A DNA stretch of 64,000 bases from Rhodoblastus sp. (lineage in GTDB: Bacteria; Pseudomonadota; Alphaproteobacteria; Rhizobiales; Beijerinckiaceae), in NCBI GenBank assembly GCA_039808645.1, contig JBDHTL010000002.1:1516-65515 (forward strand). The letters are read 5' to 3'. Made by a program: the position numbers and the translations under genes. The notes under the pieces were generated by a model that worked only from the letters and a program-made list of their open reading frames with translations, was not told the DNA's origin and searched no databases. Position 1 is the stretch's first letter. Each line of letters begins with the position of its first letter. Below are positions 18,699 to 27,529 of this stretch, piece by piece.

Positions 18699-19188
18699 CG
18701 ACATGAAGGGGTCGACCCATGTCCTGGCCTCGCCGGAGATTGCCGTCGTCGCAATTCCCGACGACGAGCGTGTCTGGGCGCCGCAGGCGCCCGGTGTCTG
18801 GTTCAGGCCGCTCATGCTCAACACGCGCCAGGGACAATGGTGCAATCTCCTGCGTGTGCGGCGCGCCGGCGTCTTGTCGCGCCATCTGCATCCCAACCCC
18901 GTGCACGGCTTCGTTCTCAAAGGCAAGTGGTTCTACCGCGAGCACGACTGGATCGCGACGGAAGGGTCCTATGTCTTCGAGCCGCCGGGCGAAATCCACA
19001 CGCTGGTCGTCCCTGAGGACACGCCGGAAATGATCACCTTCTTCAATATCCAGGGGTCGATGGTCTATCTCGACGACCAGAACAGGCATGTCGGCTACGA
19101 GGACGTGTTCACCAAGATCGACATGTGCCGTGCGCACTACGCATCCTGCGGCCTCGGCGCCGATTACGTCGACCAGTTCGTCAGATGA
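18691..19188 (+). CDS. Cupin dioxygenase of the 2,4'-dihydroxyacetophenone dioxygenase (DAD) family
   Basis: GVWFRPLMLN...WCNLLRV...HLHPNPVHGFVLKGKWFYREHDWIATEGSYVFEPPGEIHTLV...YLDD matches my recollection of the DAD-family consensus. ATG 18691 overlaps the GntR stop. Confidence 0.75.
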   Translation: MYSDMKGSTHVLASPEIAVVAIPDDERVWAPQAPGVWFRPLMLNTRQGQWCNLLRVRRAGVLSRHLHPNPVHGFVLKGKWFYREHDWIATEGSYVFEPPGEIHTLVVPEDTPEMITFFNIQGSMVYLDDQNRHVGYEDVFTKIDMCRAHYASCGLGADYVDQFVR

Positions 19189-19958
19189 AGGCGGACGGCG
19201 GCCATTCTCCTGCTGTATCCGGCGCATGGGCGTCGATGTGGTACACGGGCAAGCGCGTCCTGATCACCGGCGGCACATCCGGAATTGGCGAAAGCCTTGC
19301 GCGCGGCTTCATCGCGGCGGGCGCGGAAGTGACGATCTGCGGCGTCGCCGAAGCCGAGGTGGGCGCCGCGCGGCTCGATCCGGTTCTCCGGACGGCCGAA
19401 GCGCATGTCCTGGACGTGCGCGACCGGACGGCGATCGAGACGCTGGTCGGGCGGCACGATCGCCTGGACGTCGTCATCAATTGCGCCGGATTGATCCGAC
19501 GCGGCGAGGAACTCGATCCGGACGTTTTCGAATCGGTGGTCGACGTCAACCTGAACGGCGCCATGCGCATGTGCGCCGCGGCGCATCCGCTGCTGGCGCG
19601 ATCGAAGGGCTGTATCGTCAATCTCGCCTCGATGCTGTCATTCTTCGGCGGCGGCCTCGTTCCCGGATATGCCGCGAGCAAGGGCGGCGTCGCGCAAATG
19701 ACGAAGTCGCTCGCCATCGCCTACGCTCCGGATGGCGTACGCGTGAACGCCATTGCGCCTGGATGGATCGCAACCCCGCTGACGACGGGTCTGCGGGAAG
19801 ATCCCGCCCGCAGCCGCGCCATTCTCGACCGGACGCCGCTCGGTCGCTGGGGCGCGCCGGAGGATCTCCTCGGGGGCGTTCTCTATCTCTGTTCGCCCGT
19901 CGCGTCGTTCGTCACGGGTACGATTCTCGTCATCGACGGAGGCTATGCCGTCAGCTGA
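19185..19958 (+). CDS. SDR-family oxidoreductase
   Basis: ITGGTSGIGESLA, NCAG, and YAASKGGV. Start ATG 19185 forms an ATGA overlap with the upstream stop; ATG 19236 (MWYTGKRVLITGG) is also possible. Confidence 0.85.
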   Translation: MKADGGHSPAVSGAWASMWYTGKRVLITGGTSGIGESLARGFIAAGAEVTICGVAEAEVGAARLDPVLRTAEAHVLDVRDRTAIETLVGRHDRLDVVINCAGLIRRGEELDPDVFESVVDVNLNGAMRMCAAAHPLLARSKGCIVNLASMLSFFGGGLVPGYAASKGGVAQMTKSLAIAYAPDGVRVNAIAPGWIATPLTTGLREDPARSRAILDRTPLGRWGAPEDLLGGVLYLCSPVASFVTGTILVIDGGYAVS

Positions 19959-20071
19959 TCCTGGACCGACAAGCAAAGAAGCTCGACGGCGTTGGCGCGA
20001 AGCCGGCGGATTTCGAGACAGGCAGATGGAAACGCACATAGGCGGCGATTGCCGCCGGCAGGAGGACAAGC

Positions 20072-20890
20072 GTGCTGGACGAGGCCAGTCAGGAGCGGTC
20101 GCGACGATGGATGCGACGTCTCGACATGCTGGTGGACGCCGCCATGTTCATCGCGCCGCTGGCGACGCTGGCGCTCGTCTGGGCCGTCGTCGTCCCGCTG
20201 TTCGATGTCAATCCGCGCGTCTTTCCATCGATAGGCGCCGTGGGCGGGGCGGCGCTCGACGCCATTCGCGACGGAACGCTGCTTCGGCACATAGGCGCCA
20301 GCCTTCTGCGCGTCGGCCTCGGCACGTTGATCGGGATCGTCACCGCGGTTCCCCTTGGCGTCGCCATGGCGCTCAGTCCGCCGGTCTCGGCGTTCCTCAC
20401 CCCGCTTTTCCGCTTCTTCTCCGTGCTCGCGGGCATCGCCTGGATTCCGATCGCGACCCTGTGGTTCGGCTACGGCTTCGGCGCAATCGTCTTCGTGATC
20501 TTCAACGCGGTCTTCTTCGTCGTCGCTTACAACACGCTGCTCGGCGTTTCCACGATTCCGCGCGCCTTGCGCAATGCGGCGGCTTCGCTGGGCGCGAGCC
20601 GCTGGTCCATTCTCACGGAAGTCATCCTGCCGGGCGCCTTGCCCAATATCGTCACCGGCGTCCGCACGGGGCTCGGCTTCGCCTGGCGTGGCCTTATCGC
20701 CGCGGAAATGATCGCGACGAATGTCGGGCTCGGCTACATGCTTTTCGTCGCGCGGGATTTCTACCGCACGGAGGTGATTGTCCTCGGCATGATCGTCATC
20801 GGCGCGCTTTGGCTGCTGATCGATCGCCTGCTTCTGGTTCCGCTCGAACGCGCGACCATCGAACGGTGGGGCATGGTGAGGCGCGCATGA
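20072..20890 (+). CDS. ABC transporter permease, NitT/TauT (SsuC-like) family, subunit 1
   Basis: Multi-TM. EAA-loop region LGASRWSILTEVILPGALPNIVTGVRTGLGFAWRGLIAAEMI. GTG start after AGGAGG; ATG 20111 is the alternative. Confidence 0.85.
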   Translation: MLDEASQERSRRWMRRLDMLVDAAMFIAPLATLALVWAVVVPLFDVNPRVFPSIGAVGGAALDAIRDGTLLRHIGASLLRVGLGTLIGIVTAVPLGVAMALSPPVSAFLTPLFRFFSVLAGIAWIPIATLWFGYGFGAIVFVIFNAVFFVVAYNTLLGVSTIPRALRNAAASLGASRWSILTEVILPGALPNIVTGVRTGLGFAWRGLIAAEMIATNVGLGYMLFVARDFYRTEVIVLGMIVIGALWLLIDRLLLVPLERATIERWGMVRRA

Positions 20891-21693
20891 CGATGCTTCT
20901 GCGCACATGGGGCGTCTATTCGCGCGCGACAGCGCGCTGGCCGCTTCTCGCGACGCTAGCGCCTTTCGTTCCGCTGGTCTGCCTCTGGATCGCCTTGACG
21001 GAGTCCGGCATATTTCCGCGCGCGTTCCTGCCCGGCCCGATGGAGGTGGCGAAGGCCTTCCTCGCGCTCACCTACAAGGGCGTGTTGCCGGACTATCTGC
21101 AGGACAGTCTCCTGCGCCTGGCGACCGGGGCGGCTCTCGGCATGGCGATCGGCATCCCGCTGGGGTTGCTGATCGGCGTCAGCCGCCGCGCGCGCCGCAT
21201 CGCCTGGCCGCTCCTGCTTTTCTTCCAGGCGATCGGCGATATCGCCTGGCTGCCCATTCTCCTGATCTGGTTCGGCTTCGGCCTGACGACGATGACTTTC
21301 GTGATCGTCTACACGGTCCTGTTTCCCGTCGCGCTCAACACGGTTCTCGGCGTGGAATCCGTTCCGACGGATCTCGCGCGCGCGGCGCGGAGCCTCGGCG
21401 CGTCGCCCGCCCGCGTGCTCTGGGAGGTCACATTGCCGGGCGCGCTGCCCAACATCATCACCGGGTTGCGCAATGGCCTCGGCTATGGCTGGCGGGCGCT
21501 GATCGCGGTCGAGATCATCGTCGGGACGAGCGGCATCGGCTTCATGATGTTCGACGCGCGGCGGGCGGGCTCCGTGGTCGAAATCCTGCTCGGCATGATC
21601 ATCCTGGGATCTCTCTGGTACATCGTGGACGCCTGGATACTCGCGCCGATCGAGCGGGCGACCGGCCAGCGTTGGGGAATGGTGACCTCATGA
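20887..21693 (+). CDS. ABC transporter permease, NitT/TauT family, subunit 2 (paralog)
   Basis: LGASPARVLWEVTLPGALPNIITGLRNGLGYGWRALIAVEII. ATG 20887 overlaps the upstream TGA. The long N-terminal part of track ORF 19945-21693 is off-frame overlap. Confidence 0.9.
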   Translation: MTMLLRTWGVYSRATARWPLLATLAPFVPLVCLWIALTESGIFPRAFLPGPMEVAKAFLALTYKGVLPDYLQDSLLRLATGAALGMAIGIPLGLLIGVSRRARRIAWPLLLFFQAIGDIAWLPILLIWFGFGLTTMTFVIVYTVLFPVALNTVLGVESVPTDLARAARSLGASPARVLWEVTLPGALPNIITGLRNGLGYGWRALIAVEIIVGTSGIGFMMFDARRAGSVVEILLGMIILGSLWYIVDAWILAPIERATGQRWGMVTS

Positions 21694-22448
21694 CCACGCT
21701 TTCGCTGCGAAATCTCTCGAAGACCTATTTCGACCCCTATGCGGGCGCGCATGTCACCGCGGTCCATGACGTTTCGCTGGACGTGGACAAGGGCGAGTTC
21801 GTTTCCGTGGTCGGCCCGTCGGGCTGCGGCAAGACGACAATCCTCAACATGATCGCGGGCTTCATCCCTTATTCGGGCGGGGAAATCCTCCTGAACGACA
21901 AGCCGATCGACGGGCCCGGCCCGGAACGCGGCGTGGTCTTCCAGTCCTTCGCGCTCTTTCCGTGGAAGACGGTCCTCGACAATGTCGGCTTCGGCCCGAA
22001 GATGCGCGGAGTGGCGAAGGCCGAGCGCGACAGGATCGCGCATGAATATCTCGCGCTGGCCGGACTGACCCATGCGGCCAATCGCTATCCCAACGAATTG
22101 TCGGGCGGAATGCAGCAGCGTGTCGGCGTTGTTCGCGCGCTTGCCAACCATCCCGACGTGCTGCTGATGGACGAGCCCTTCGCCAGCGTCGATGCGCAGA
22201 CGCGCATGACGCTCCAGGAAGAGCTGACCCGCATCTGGCAGGAACGACGGCCGACGGTCATCTTCATCACGCATGACGTGCCCGAGGCGGTCTTTCTCGC
22301 CAACCGGGTCGTCGTGCTGTCAAGAGGGCGCGTGCTGGAGCAGGTTCAGGTCGACCTGCCGCGACCGCGTGTCTGGAACGAGCTGATCGAGGATGACGAG
22401 TTCAAGAGGCTATCCTCTCACGTTCTTCACGCGGTCCGCTCGGCATGA
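21690..22448 (+). CDS. ABC transporter ATP-binding protein (NitT/TauT type)
   Basis: Walker A GPSGCGKTT, signature LSGGMQQR, Walker B LLMDEPF. ATGA overlap with the permease stop. Confidence 0.9.
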   Translation: MTTLSLRNLSKTYFDPYAGAHVTAVHDVSLDVDKGEFVSVVGPSGCGKTTILNMIAGFIPYSGGEILLNDKPIDGPGPERGVVFQSFALFPWKTVLDNVGFGPKMRGVAKAERDRIAHEYLALAGLTHAANRYPNELSGGMQQRVGVVRALANHPDVLLMDEPFASVDAQTRMTLQEELTRIWQERRPTVIFITHDVPEAVFLANRVVVLSRGRVLEQVQVDLPRPRVWNELIEDDEFKRLSSHVLHAVRSA

Positions 22449-22777
22449 ACGTCCTGCGCCAGATCCTGCGTTCGACCAGGGGCCGCGTCGTCCTCGGCGT
22501 TCTCGGCGCATGGATCGCTTTTCAATCGTGGCTCACGCTTGTCGCCCCGACGAAGATCTCGCCCGAACTTCAGGGTTCCTCCGAGAAATTGAATGTGCAG
22601 ATCGAATTGCCGTTCACGCCCGACCGGTTCCACGTCCTCGCCTTTCAGAAATACGGACGGGTCTCCGGCGCGGACGACCATTCGATCGAATTGCGTGGCG
22701 TTAGACGAACGGACCTCGACGCTGTCGCCCGGCCATACTGGGTCAGGAGCGTCGGGCCGATAAAGGAGGGAGGTTAG
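22445..22777 (+). CDS. Small hypothetical membrane-anchored protein (110 aa)
   Basis: The ATG forms an ATGA overlap with the ATPase stop. One N-terminal TM segment (VVLGVLGAWIAFQSWLTLVAP). Its 3' end carries the AAGGAGGGAGG RBS of the next gene. Third-position GC is about 75% by hand count. I recognise no family. Confidence 0.55.
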   Translation: MNVLRQILRSTRGRVVLGVLGAWIAFQSWLTLVAPTKISPELQGSSEKLNVQIELPFTPDRFHVLAFQKYGRVSGADDHSIELRGVRRTDLDAVARPYWVRSVGPIKEGG

Positions 22778-22778
22778 G

Positions 22779-23834
22779 ATGAAAAGACTTCTGATGGCCG
22801 GCGTCGCCCTGGCGCTGGGCTGCGCGGCGGCGACTGCGCAGACGATGACCAAGCTAAAGGCCGGCATGGTCAGCGGGTTCGACCAGATCGGCCTCGCCAT
22901 CGCCCTGGAACGAGGCTTCTTCGAGAAGCGCGGGCTGGACGTCACGATCGCGCGGCCCTACGCCACCGGCGTCGATGCGCTGAACGCGCTGCAGGCCGGC
23001 GAGAGCGAGATCGTGCAGGTCGGCGTTCCCATGATCGGCGCCGTCCTGCGCGGCATGGATCTCGTCGCGCTCGGAAACTATAGCGGCAACGCGACCAAAG
23101 CAGGCTCCGACGCTACGATGGCGATCGTCGCGCGCGAGGGGTCCGGCATCGTCAAGGGCGATCTCTCCACGCTCAGGGGCAAGAAGATCGCGGCCTCGTT
23201 CGGCACGATCAATCATCTCTACATCCTTGCGCTGCTCGAAAAGGCGGGCCTCAAGCCCGACGACGTCACGCTCGTCAACACGCCGCCACCGGACATGACG
23301 GTCGCGTTGCTCGCCAAGGGGATCGACGCCTTCTCGGGCTGGGATCCCTGGCCGATCGTGGCCGGCAAGGACGTGCCGGGCGCGGTGGAAATCATTCGTG
23401 GCGGCGACGTGATCTCCTATCTCGGGTTCAACGTCGCGCTTCGTCCCTGGGTCGAGAAGAACGGCGAAACGATCGAGAAATTTCTTGCCGGCGTGTCGGA
23501 AGCCGACCAGTGGATGCGCAAGAATCCGAAGCAGGCGGCCCAGGTGGCGACGCGCTGGATACCCGGCCTCAAGCCCGATATCGCCGAAGCGGCGATGCAG
23601 TTCAACATCCAGCAGGCGGATCGCCGCCTGTCGGCGAACAATTACCGGGCGCTCTGGAGCGCGGAGGATCGCCTCAACCGGCTGGGAATTCTCAAGGCCA
23701 CGTTCGACGTGAACAAGCACATCGAACCGAAGCACATTCTGAAAGTCATGAAGGATAATCCGGAACTGTTCGCCGATCTGCCGCCCATTCCGGCGGAGGC
23801 GGCGATCGGCGCCGGATACAGCTTCAAGCCATGA
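22779..23834 (+). CDS. ABC substrate-binding protein, NMT1/THI5-like (NitT/TauT family)
   Basis: Signal peptide MKRLLMAGVALALGCAAATAQT. The SsuA/NMT1-like body includes GFDQIGLAIALERGFFEKRGLDV. Confidence 0.85.
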   Translation: MKRLLMAGVALALGCAAATAQTMTKLKAGMVSGFDQIGLAIALERGFFEKRGLDVTIARPYATGVDALNALQAGESEIVQVGVPMIGAVLRGMDLVALGNYSGNATKAGSDATMAIVAREGSGIVKGDLSTLRGKKIAASFGTINHLYILALLEKAGLKPDDVTLVNTPPPDMTVALLAKGIDAFSGWDPWPIVAGKDVPGAVEIIRGGDVISYLGFNVALRPWVEKNGETIEKFLAGVSEADQWMRKNPKQAAQVATRWIPGLKPDIAEAAMQFNIQQADRRLSANNYRALWSAEDRLNRLGILKATFDVNKHIEPKHILKVMKDNPELFADLPPIPAEAAIGAGYSFKP

Positions 23835-23840
23835 AAGCAC

Positions 23841-23868
23841 GCGGCGAACGAGAACCCTCGTTCGCCGC
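23841..23868 (+). terminator. Stem-loop directly after the binding-protein gene (12-bp perfect stem, 4-nt loop)
   Basis: gcggcgaacgag-aacc-ctcgttcgccgc begins 7 nt after the stop. There is no T-tract, so intrinsic-terminator function is uncertain. Confidence 0.45.
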
Positions 23869-24209
23869 ACTTCAGCATGCCCGCCCGGTTCTTGCCGCCA
23901 AGAGGCCGTTGGCCGACGTGAACGGGTTCGCCAAAGCCCTTCTCGAACGCGATCCGCCGTCAGCGCCGCAGCGCTCGTGCGCTCGCTGCTTCCTCAGGGC
24001 CGGCCGCCGCTGCTGCGGCTCCTGAACAAGATGGCGTCGAACGCCAACCAGGCGATGACCGCGAGCGAGGAATGATGCCGGGCGCACGGGCGTGGACGCC
24101 AGCCGGCGTCGCCGTCGTTTGCATCATGATCGAGCGGCGGGGCTGGCGATCACATGGATGGCGTGGGCGTGATGGCCGTCCCCGGCGCGCATGGCGGTGA
24201 GATTGCGCT

Positions 24210-24914
24210 CTATACCGCGCAATAGCGCTCCTGGATGGCGTGATCGTTGCGCAGGTCCGCGGCGCCGGCCGCATAGACGATCTCGCCCTGATCGAGGATC
24301 ACCGCGCGATCGGCGAGGTTGAGGGCCCATTCGACGTTCTGCTCGACGAGCAGCATGCTGATGCCGTCTTCGCGCAGCCGCCGGAAGAGGCCGCCCATTT
24401 CCTCGACCAGCACGGGCATGATGCCTTCGGACGGTTCGTCCAGGAGGATCATTTTCGGACGCGCCATCAGCGCACGGGCTATTGCGAGCATCTGCTGTTC
24501 GCCGCCGGACAAAGTCACGCCTTCCTGGTCGAGCCGCTCGCCGAGGCGCGGAAAGGTTTCGAGAATTTCATCCAGCGCGCGCCCGTCGACGTCTCCTGCG
24601 CGCCGGCCGACGAGACCGAGCTGCAGGTTCTCGCGGACGGTCAGACCCGGCACGATCCGCCGTTCCTCCGGCACATAGGCGAGGCCGAGACCGAACCGCG
24701 CGTGGGCTGGCAGATCGAGAAGATCGCGGCCGTCGAAACGCACGCGTCCCTGGGCGCGCGGCATCAGGCCCATGACCGAGCGAATGGTCGTCGTCTTGCC
24801 TGCGCCATTGCGGCCGATGAGCGCGAGGATTTCCCCTTTCTCGACGTTCAGCGACACGCCGTGCAGGACGTGGCTCGGGCCGTACCACGCGTTGAGATCG
24901 GCGATTTCAAGCAT
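24210..24914 (-). CDS. HAAT ABC transporter ATP-binding protein (LivF-type)
   Basis: GRNGAGKTT, LSGGEQQMLAIARAL, LLDEPSEG. 234 aa. Confidence 0.9.
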   Translation of the reverse strand: MLEIADLNAWYGPSHVLHGVSLNVEKGEILALIGRNGAGKTTTIRSVMGLMPRAQGRVRFDGRDLLDLPAHARFGLGLAYVPEERRIVPGLTVRENLQLGLVGRRAGDVDGRALDEILETFPRLGERLDQEGVTLSGGEQQMLAIARALMARPKMILLDEPSEGIMPVLVEEMGGLFRRLREDGISMLLVEQNVEWALNLADRAVILDQGEIVYAAGAADLRNDHAIQERYCAV

Positions 24915-25662
24915 AGCCCTGGCTCTGTCCGAGATAGACGCGCCGGACCTCGGCGTTCGACTGGATGTCTTGCGGCGTTCCGTCGGCGATGAGCCGGCCG
25001 TGATGCAGCACGAGAATGCGGTCGGACAGGCCGAGGATCATCTTCATCTTGTGCTCGACGAGCAGAATGGTGCGCTCCGTCGCGAGTCGCTCGATGAGCG
25101 CGACCGTCGCCTTCGTCTCCTCCGGTCCCATGCCGGCGGTCGGTTCGTCGAGCAGCAGCAGGGCGGGATCGCCGACGAGCGCGATGGCGATTTCCAGCGC
25201 GCGCTGCTCGCCGTGCGCGAGATATTTCGCGGCGCCCCTTCGATGATGCGACAGGCCGACGCTGGCGAGGGCGGCTTCCGCCTTGTCGTCGAGTTCATGC
25301 AGCGAAACCCGCGGCGTCCATATGTCGTAGCGCGATCTGAAAGCCTGAGCGGCGACGCGCACGTTCTCGTGCACGCTGAGTTCCGGAAAGACGTTGGTGA
25401 TCTGGTACGAACGCGCGATGCCGAGGCGGGCGTAGCGATGATGCGGCGTCCCGGCCAGGCTCTGCCCCTTGAACCGCACCGAACCGCGCGTGGGCGCCAG
25501 CGCGCCGGACAGGATGTTGAAAAGGGTGCTCTTGCCCGCGCCGTTGGGCCCGATGATCGACGTGACCTTGTTCGCCTCGAAGGTCGCGGACACGTCGTCG
25601 ATCGCCGTGAAATGCCCGAAGTCGCGGCCAATCCCGATGGCCTCCAGCAACGGCGCGCTCAT
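24907..25662 (-). CDS. HAAT ABC transporter ATP-binding protein (LivG-type)
   Basis: GPNGAGKST, LAHGEQRALEIA, LLLDEPTAG. I prefer ATG 25662 (MSAPLLEAIG), which forms an ATGA overlap with the LivM stop. Confidence 0.9.
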   Translation of the reverse strand: MSAPLLEAIGIGRDFGHFTAIDDVSATFEANKVTSIIGPNGAGKSTLFNILSGALAPTRGSVRFKGQSLAGTPHHRYARLGIARSYQITNVFPELSVHENVRVAAQAFRSRYDIWTPRVSLHELDDKAEAALASVGLSHHRRGAAKYLAHGEQRALEIAIALVGDPALLLLDEPTAGMGPEETKATVALIERLATERTILLVEHKMKMILGLSDRILVLHHGRLIADGTPQDIQSNAEVRRVYLGQSQGYA

Positions 25663-26657
25663 CGCCCCGCTCCCGGGCCGCCTATGCGCTGCAACAACGC
25701 GCCCCACAGGCCTTTAGGCAGGAACAGGACGAACAGGATGAAGATCGAGCCGACGACGATTTGCCAGTGCTGAGTCCAGTGCGACAGCACATCCTCGAGC
25801 ACCAGGAAGACCAGGGCTCCGGCGAAGGGGCCGAAAAAGCTGCCGGCGCCGCCGAGCATGGTCATCATCACCACCAGGCCGGAGGTATGATAGTGCAGCG
25901 TGTCGAGCGGCACGATCGACAGGTGCAGAGCCGACATAGCGCCTGCAAGCCCGCAGATCAGGCCCGACAGGACGAAGGCGATCAGTTTTGTCCGCTCGAC
26001 GTCGTAGCCGCAGGCGCGCGCGCGGGTTTCGTTCTCGCGGATGGCCTCGATCGCAGCGCCGAACGGCGAGTCGAGAATGCGCGACACGAACCACAGCGCC
26101 AGCGCTGCGAAGAACGTCAGAACGTAATACTTCCGAACGGGATCGAGGAAGTCGACCGTCCATCCGAAGGCGCCGATCCTGGCTACGGTGAAACCACGCA
26201 GGCCGTTCTCGCCGCCCGTCCATCCGGAGGCTTGCAGGGCGACGTAGTAGACGAGCTGCGCGAGCGCGAGCGTCACCATCGAGAAGTAGATGCCGCGCGT
26301 CCTTATCGAAAGCGCGCCGATGACGAGCGCGATGGCGCCGCCGGCGACAACGCCCGCAACCAGAGCGGCGAACCAGTTCAGTCCGAATTGACCGATGAGA
26401 ATGCCGACCGCGTAAGCGCCCGCGCCGAAGAGGGCGGCATGGCCGAACGACAGGAGGCCGGTGTAGCCGAACAGGAGATTGTAACCGACTGCGAACAGGC
26501 CATAGACCAGCACATTGACCGCCATCGCTTTCGACGGCAGCAGCCACGGCAGAACCAGAAGCCCTACGATCGAGAGCGCGACGCGCCAGCGATGCAGCCG
26601 GGCGCCCCAGAGCGGCGAGGCGTCGCGAAACGCGGCGGATGGAAGCGGCGCCATCAT
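25659..26657 (-). CDS. HAAT ABC transporter permease (LivM-type)
   Basis: MMAPLPS... NLLFGYTGLLSFGHAALFGAGAY. Multi-TM. ATG 26657 overlaps the LivH stop. The remainder of track ORF 25659-28073 is an off-frame artefact. Confidence 0.9.
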   Translation of the reverse strand: MMAPLPSAAFRDASPLWGARLHRWRVALSIVGLLVLPWLLPSKAMAVNVLVYGLFAVGYNLLFGYTGLLSFGHAALFGAGAYAVGILIGQFGLNWFAALVAGVVAGGAIALVIGALSIRTRGIYFSMVTLALAQLVYYVALQASGWTGGENGLRGFTVARIGAFGWTVDFLDPVRKYYVLTFFAALALWFVSRILDSPFGAAIEAIRENETRARACGYDVERTKLIAFVLSGLICGLAGAMSALHLSIVPLDTLHYHTSGLVVMMTMLGGAGSFFGPFAGALVFLVLEDVLSHWTQHWQIVVGSIFILFVLFLPKGLWGALLQRIGGPGAGR

Positions 26658-27523
26658 CGCACCTGCGCGCCGAACAGGCCCTGCGGGCGCACGATCAGCA
26701 CCAGCGCCATCAGCGCGAACATGGCGATGGTCGCCATCTCCGGCGCAAACAGCGACGTCATGCTGACGACGACGCCGACCAGCAGGCCGGCGACCACGGC
26801 GCCGGGCAACGAGCCCATGCCGCCGATGACCGTCACGACGAACGCCTCGGTCAGAACCAGCGCGCCCATCTCGGGATTGACGGTGCGCATCGGCGCCGCG
26901 AGTACGCCGCCGAGCGCCGTGAGGCCGACGCCGAGCCCGAATACGACGAGCCAAAGCTTGCGAATGTCGACGCCCAGAACCTGCATGATCAACGGATCGC
27001 GCGCGCCGGCGCGCACGATGAGGCCAAAGCGCGTCTTCTCCAGCGCGAGCCAGAGACCCAGGAGAATGGCGGCGACGACGCCGATCACAAACAGCCGGTA
27101 GATCGGAAAGAAGCCGACGCCGAGATCGACAACGCCCGCGAGCGCGGATGGCGTGGCGAAGGGGATGCCGTCCGTGCCGAACAGGATGCGCACGCCCTCG
27201 ACCAGCACATAGCCGAGCCCAAAGGTCAGCAGCAGCGGATCGTCGACGGGCCGCTTGTAGAGCGGTCGGATCAGGAACCGCTCTATCAGCATGCCGAACG
27301 CGCCGACGAGCAGAGGCGCGACCATCAGGGCCGCCCAGAAATTGCCGGTGAGCGAGGCGATCCAAAGGCCGACGTAGGCGCCAACCATGAACAGCGCGCC
27401 ATGCGCGAAATTGACGATGCCGAGCATGCCGAACACGATCGTCAGGCCGAGCGCGATCATCACGAGGATCGCGGCGAGCGCGATCCCAGAGAAGAGCTGC
27501 ATGAGGACGAGTTCGGCGTCCAT
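26654..27523 (-). CDS. HAAT ABC transporter permease (LivH-type)
   Basis: MDAELVLMQLFSGIALAAILVMIALGLTIVFGMLGIVNFAHGALFMVGAY. 289 aa. Confidence 0.9.
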   Translation of the reverse strand: MDAELVLMQLFSGIALAAILVMIALGLTIVFGMLGIVNFAHGALFMVGAYVGLWIASLTGNFWAALMVAPLLVGAFGMLIERFLIRPLYKRPVDDPLLLTFGLGYVLVEGVRILFGTDGIPFATPSALAGVVDLGVGFFPIYRLFVIGVVAAILLGLWLALEKTRFGLIVRAGARDPLIMQVLGVDIRKLWLVVFGLGVGLTALGGVLAAPMRTVNPEMGALVLTEAFVVTVIGGMGSLPGAVVAGLLVGVVVSMTSLFAPEMATIAMFALMALVLIVRPQGLFGAQVR

Positions 27524-27529
27524 GCGGGA

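Noticed and set aside
24031-24200. Two tiny ATGA-coupled + strand ORFs (14 and 42 codons) as a leader-peptide or small-protein pair
   Set aside because: The RBS spacing is weak, third-position GC is lower than in real genes here, and no downstream gene lies on that strand for them to regulate. I kept it only as a low-interest note.
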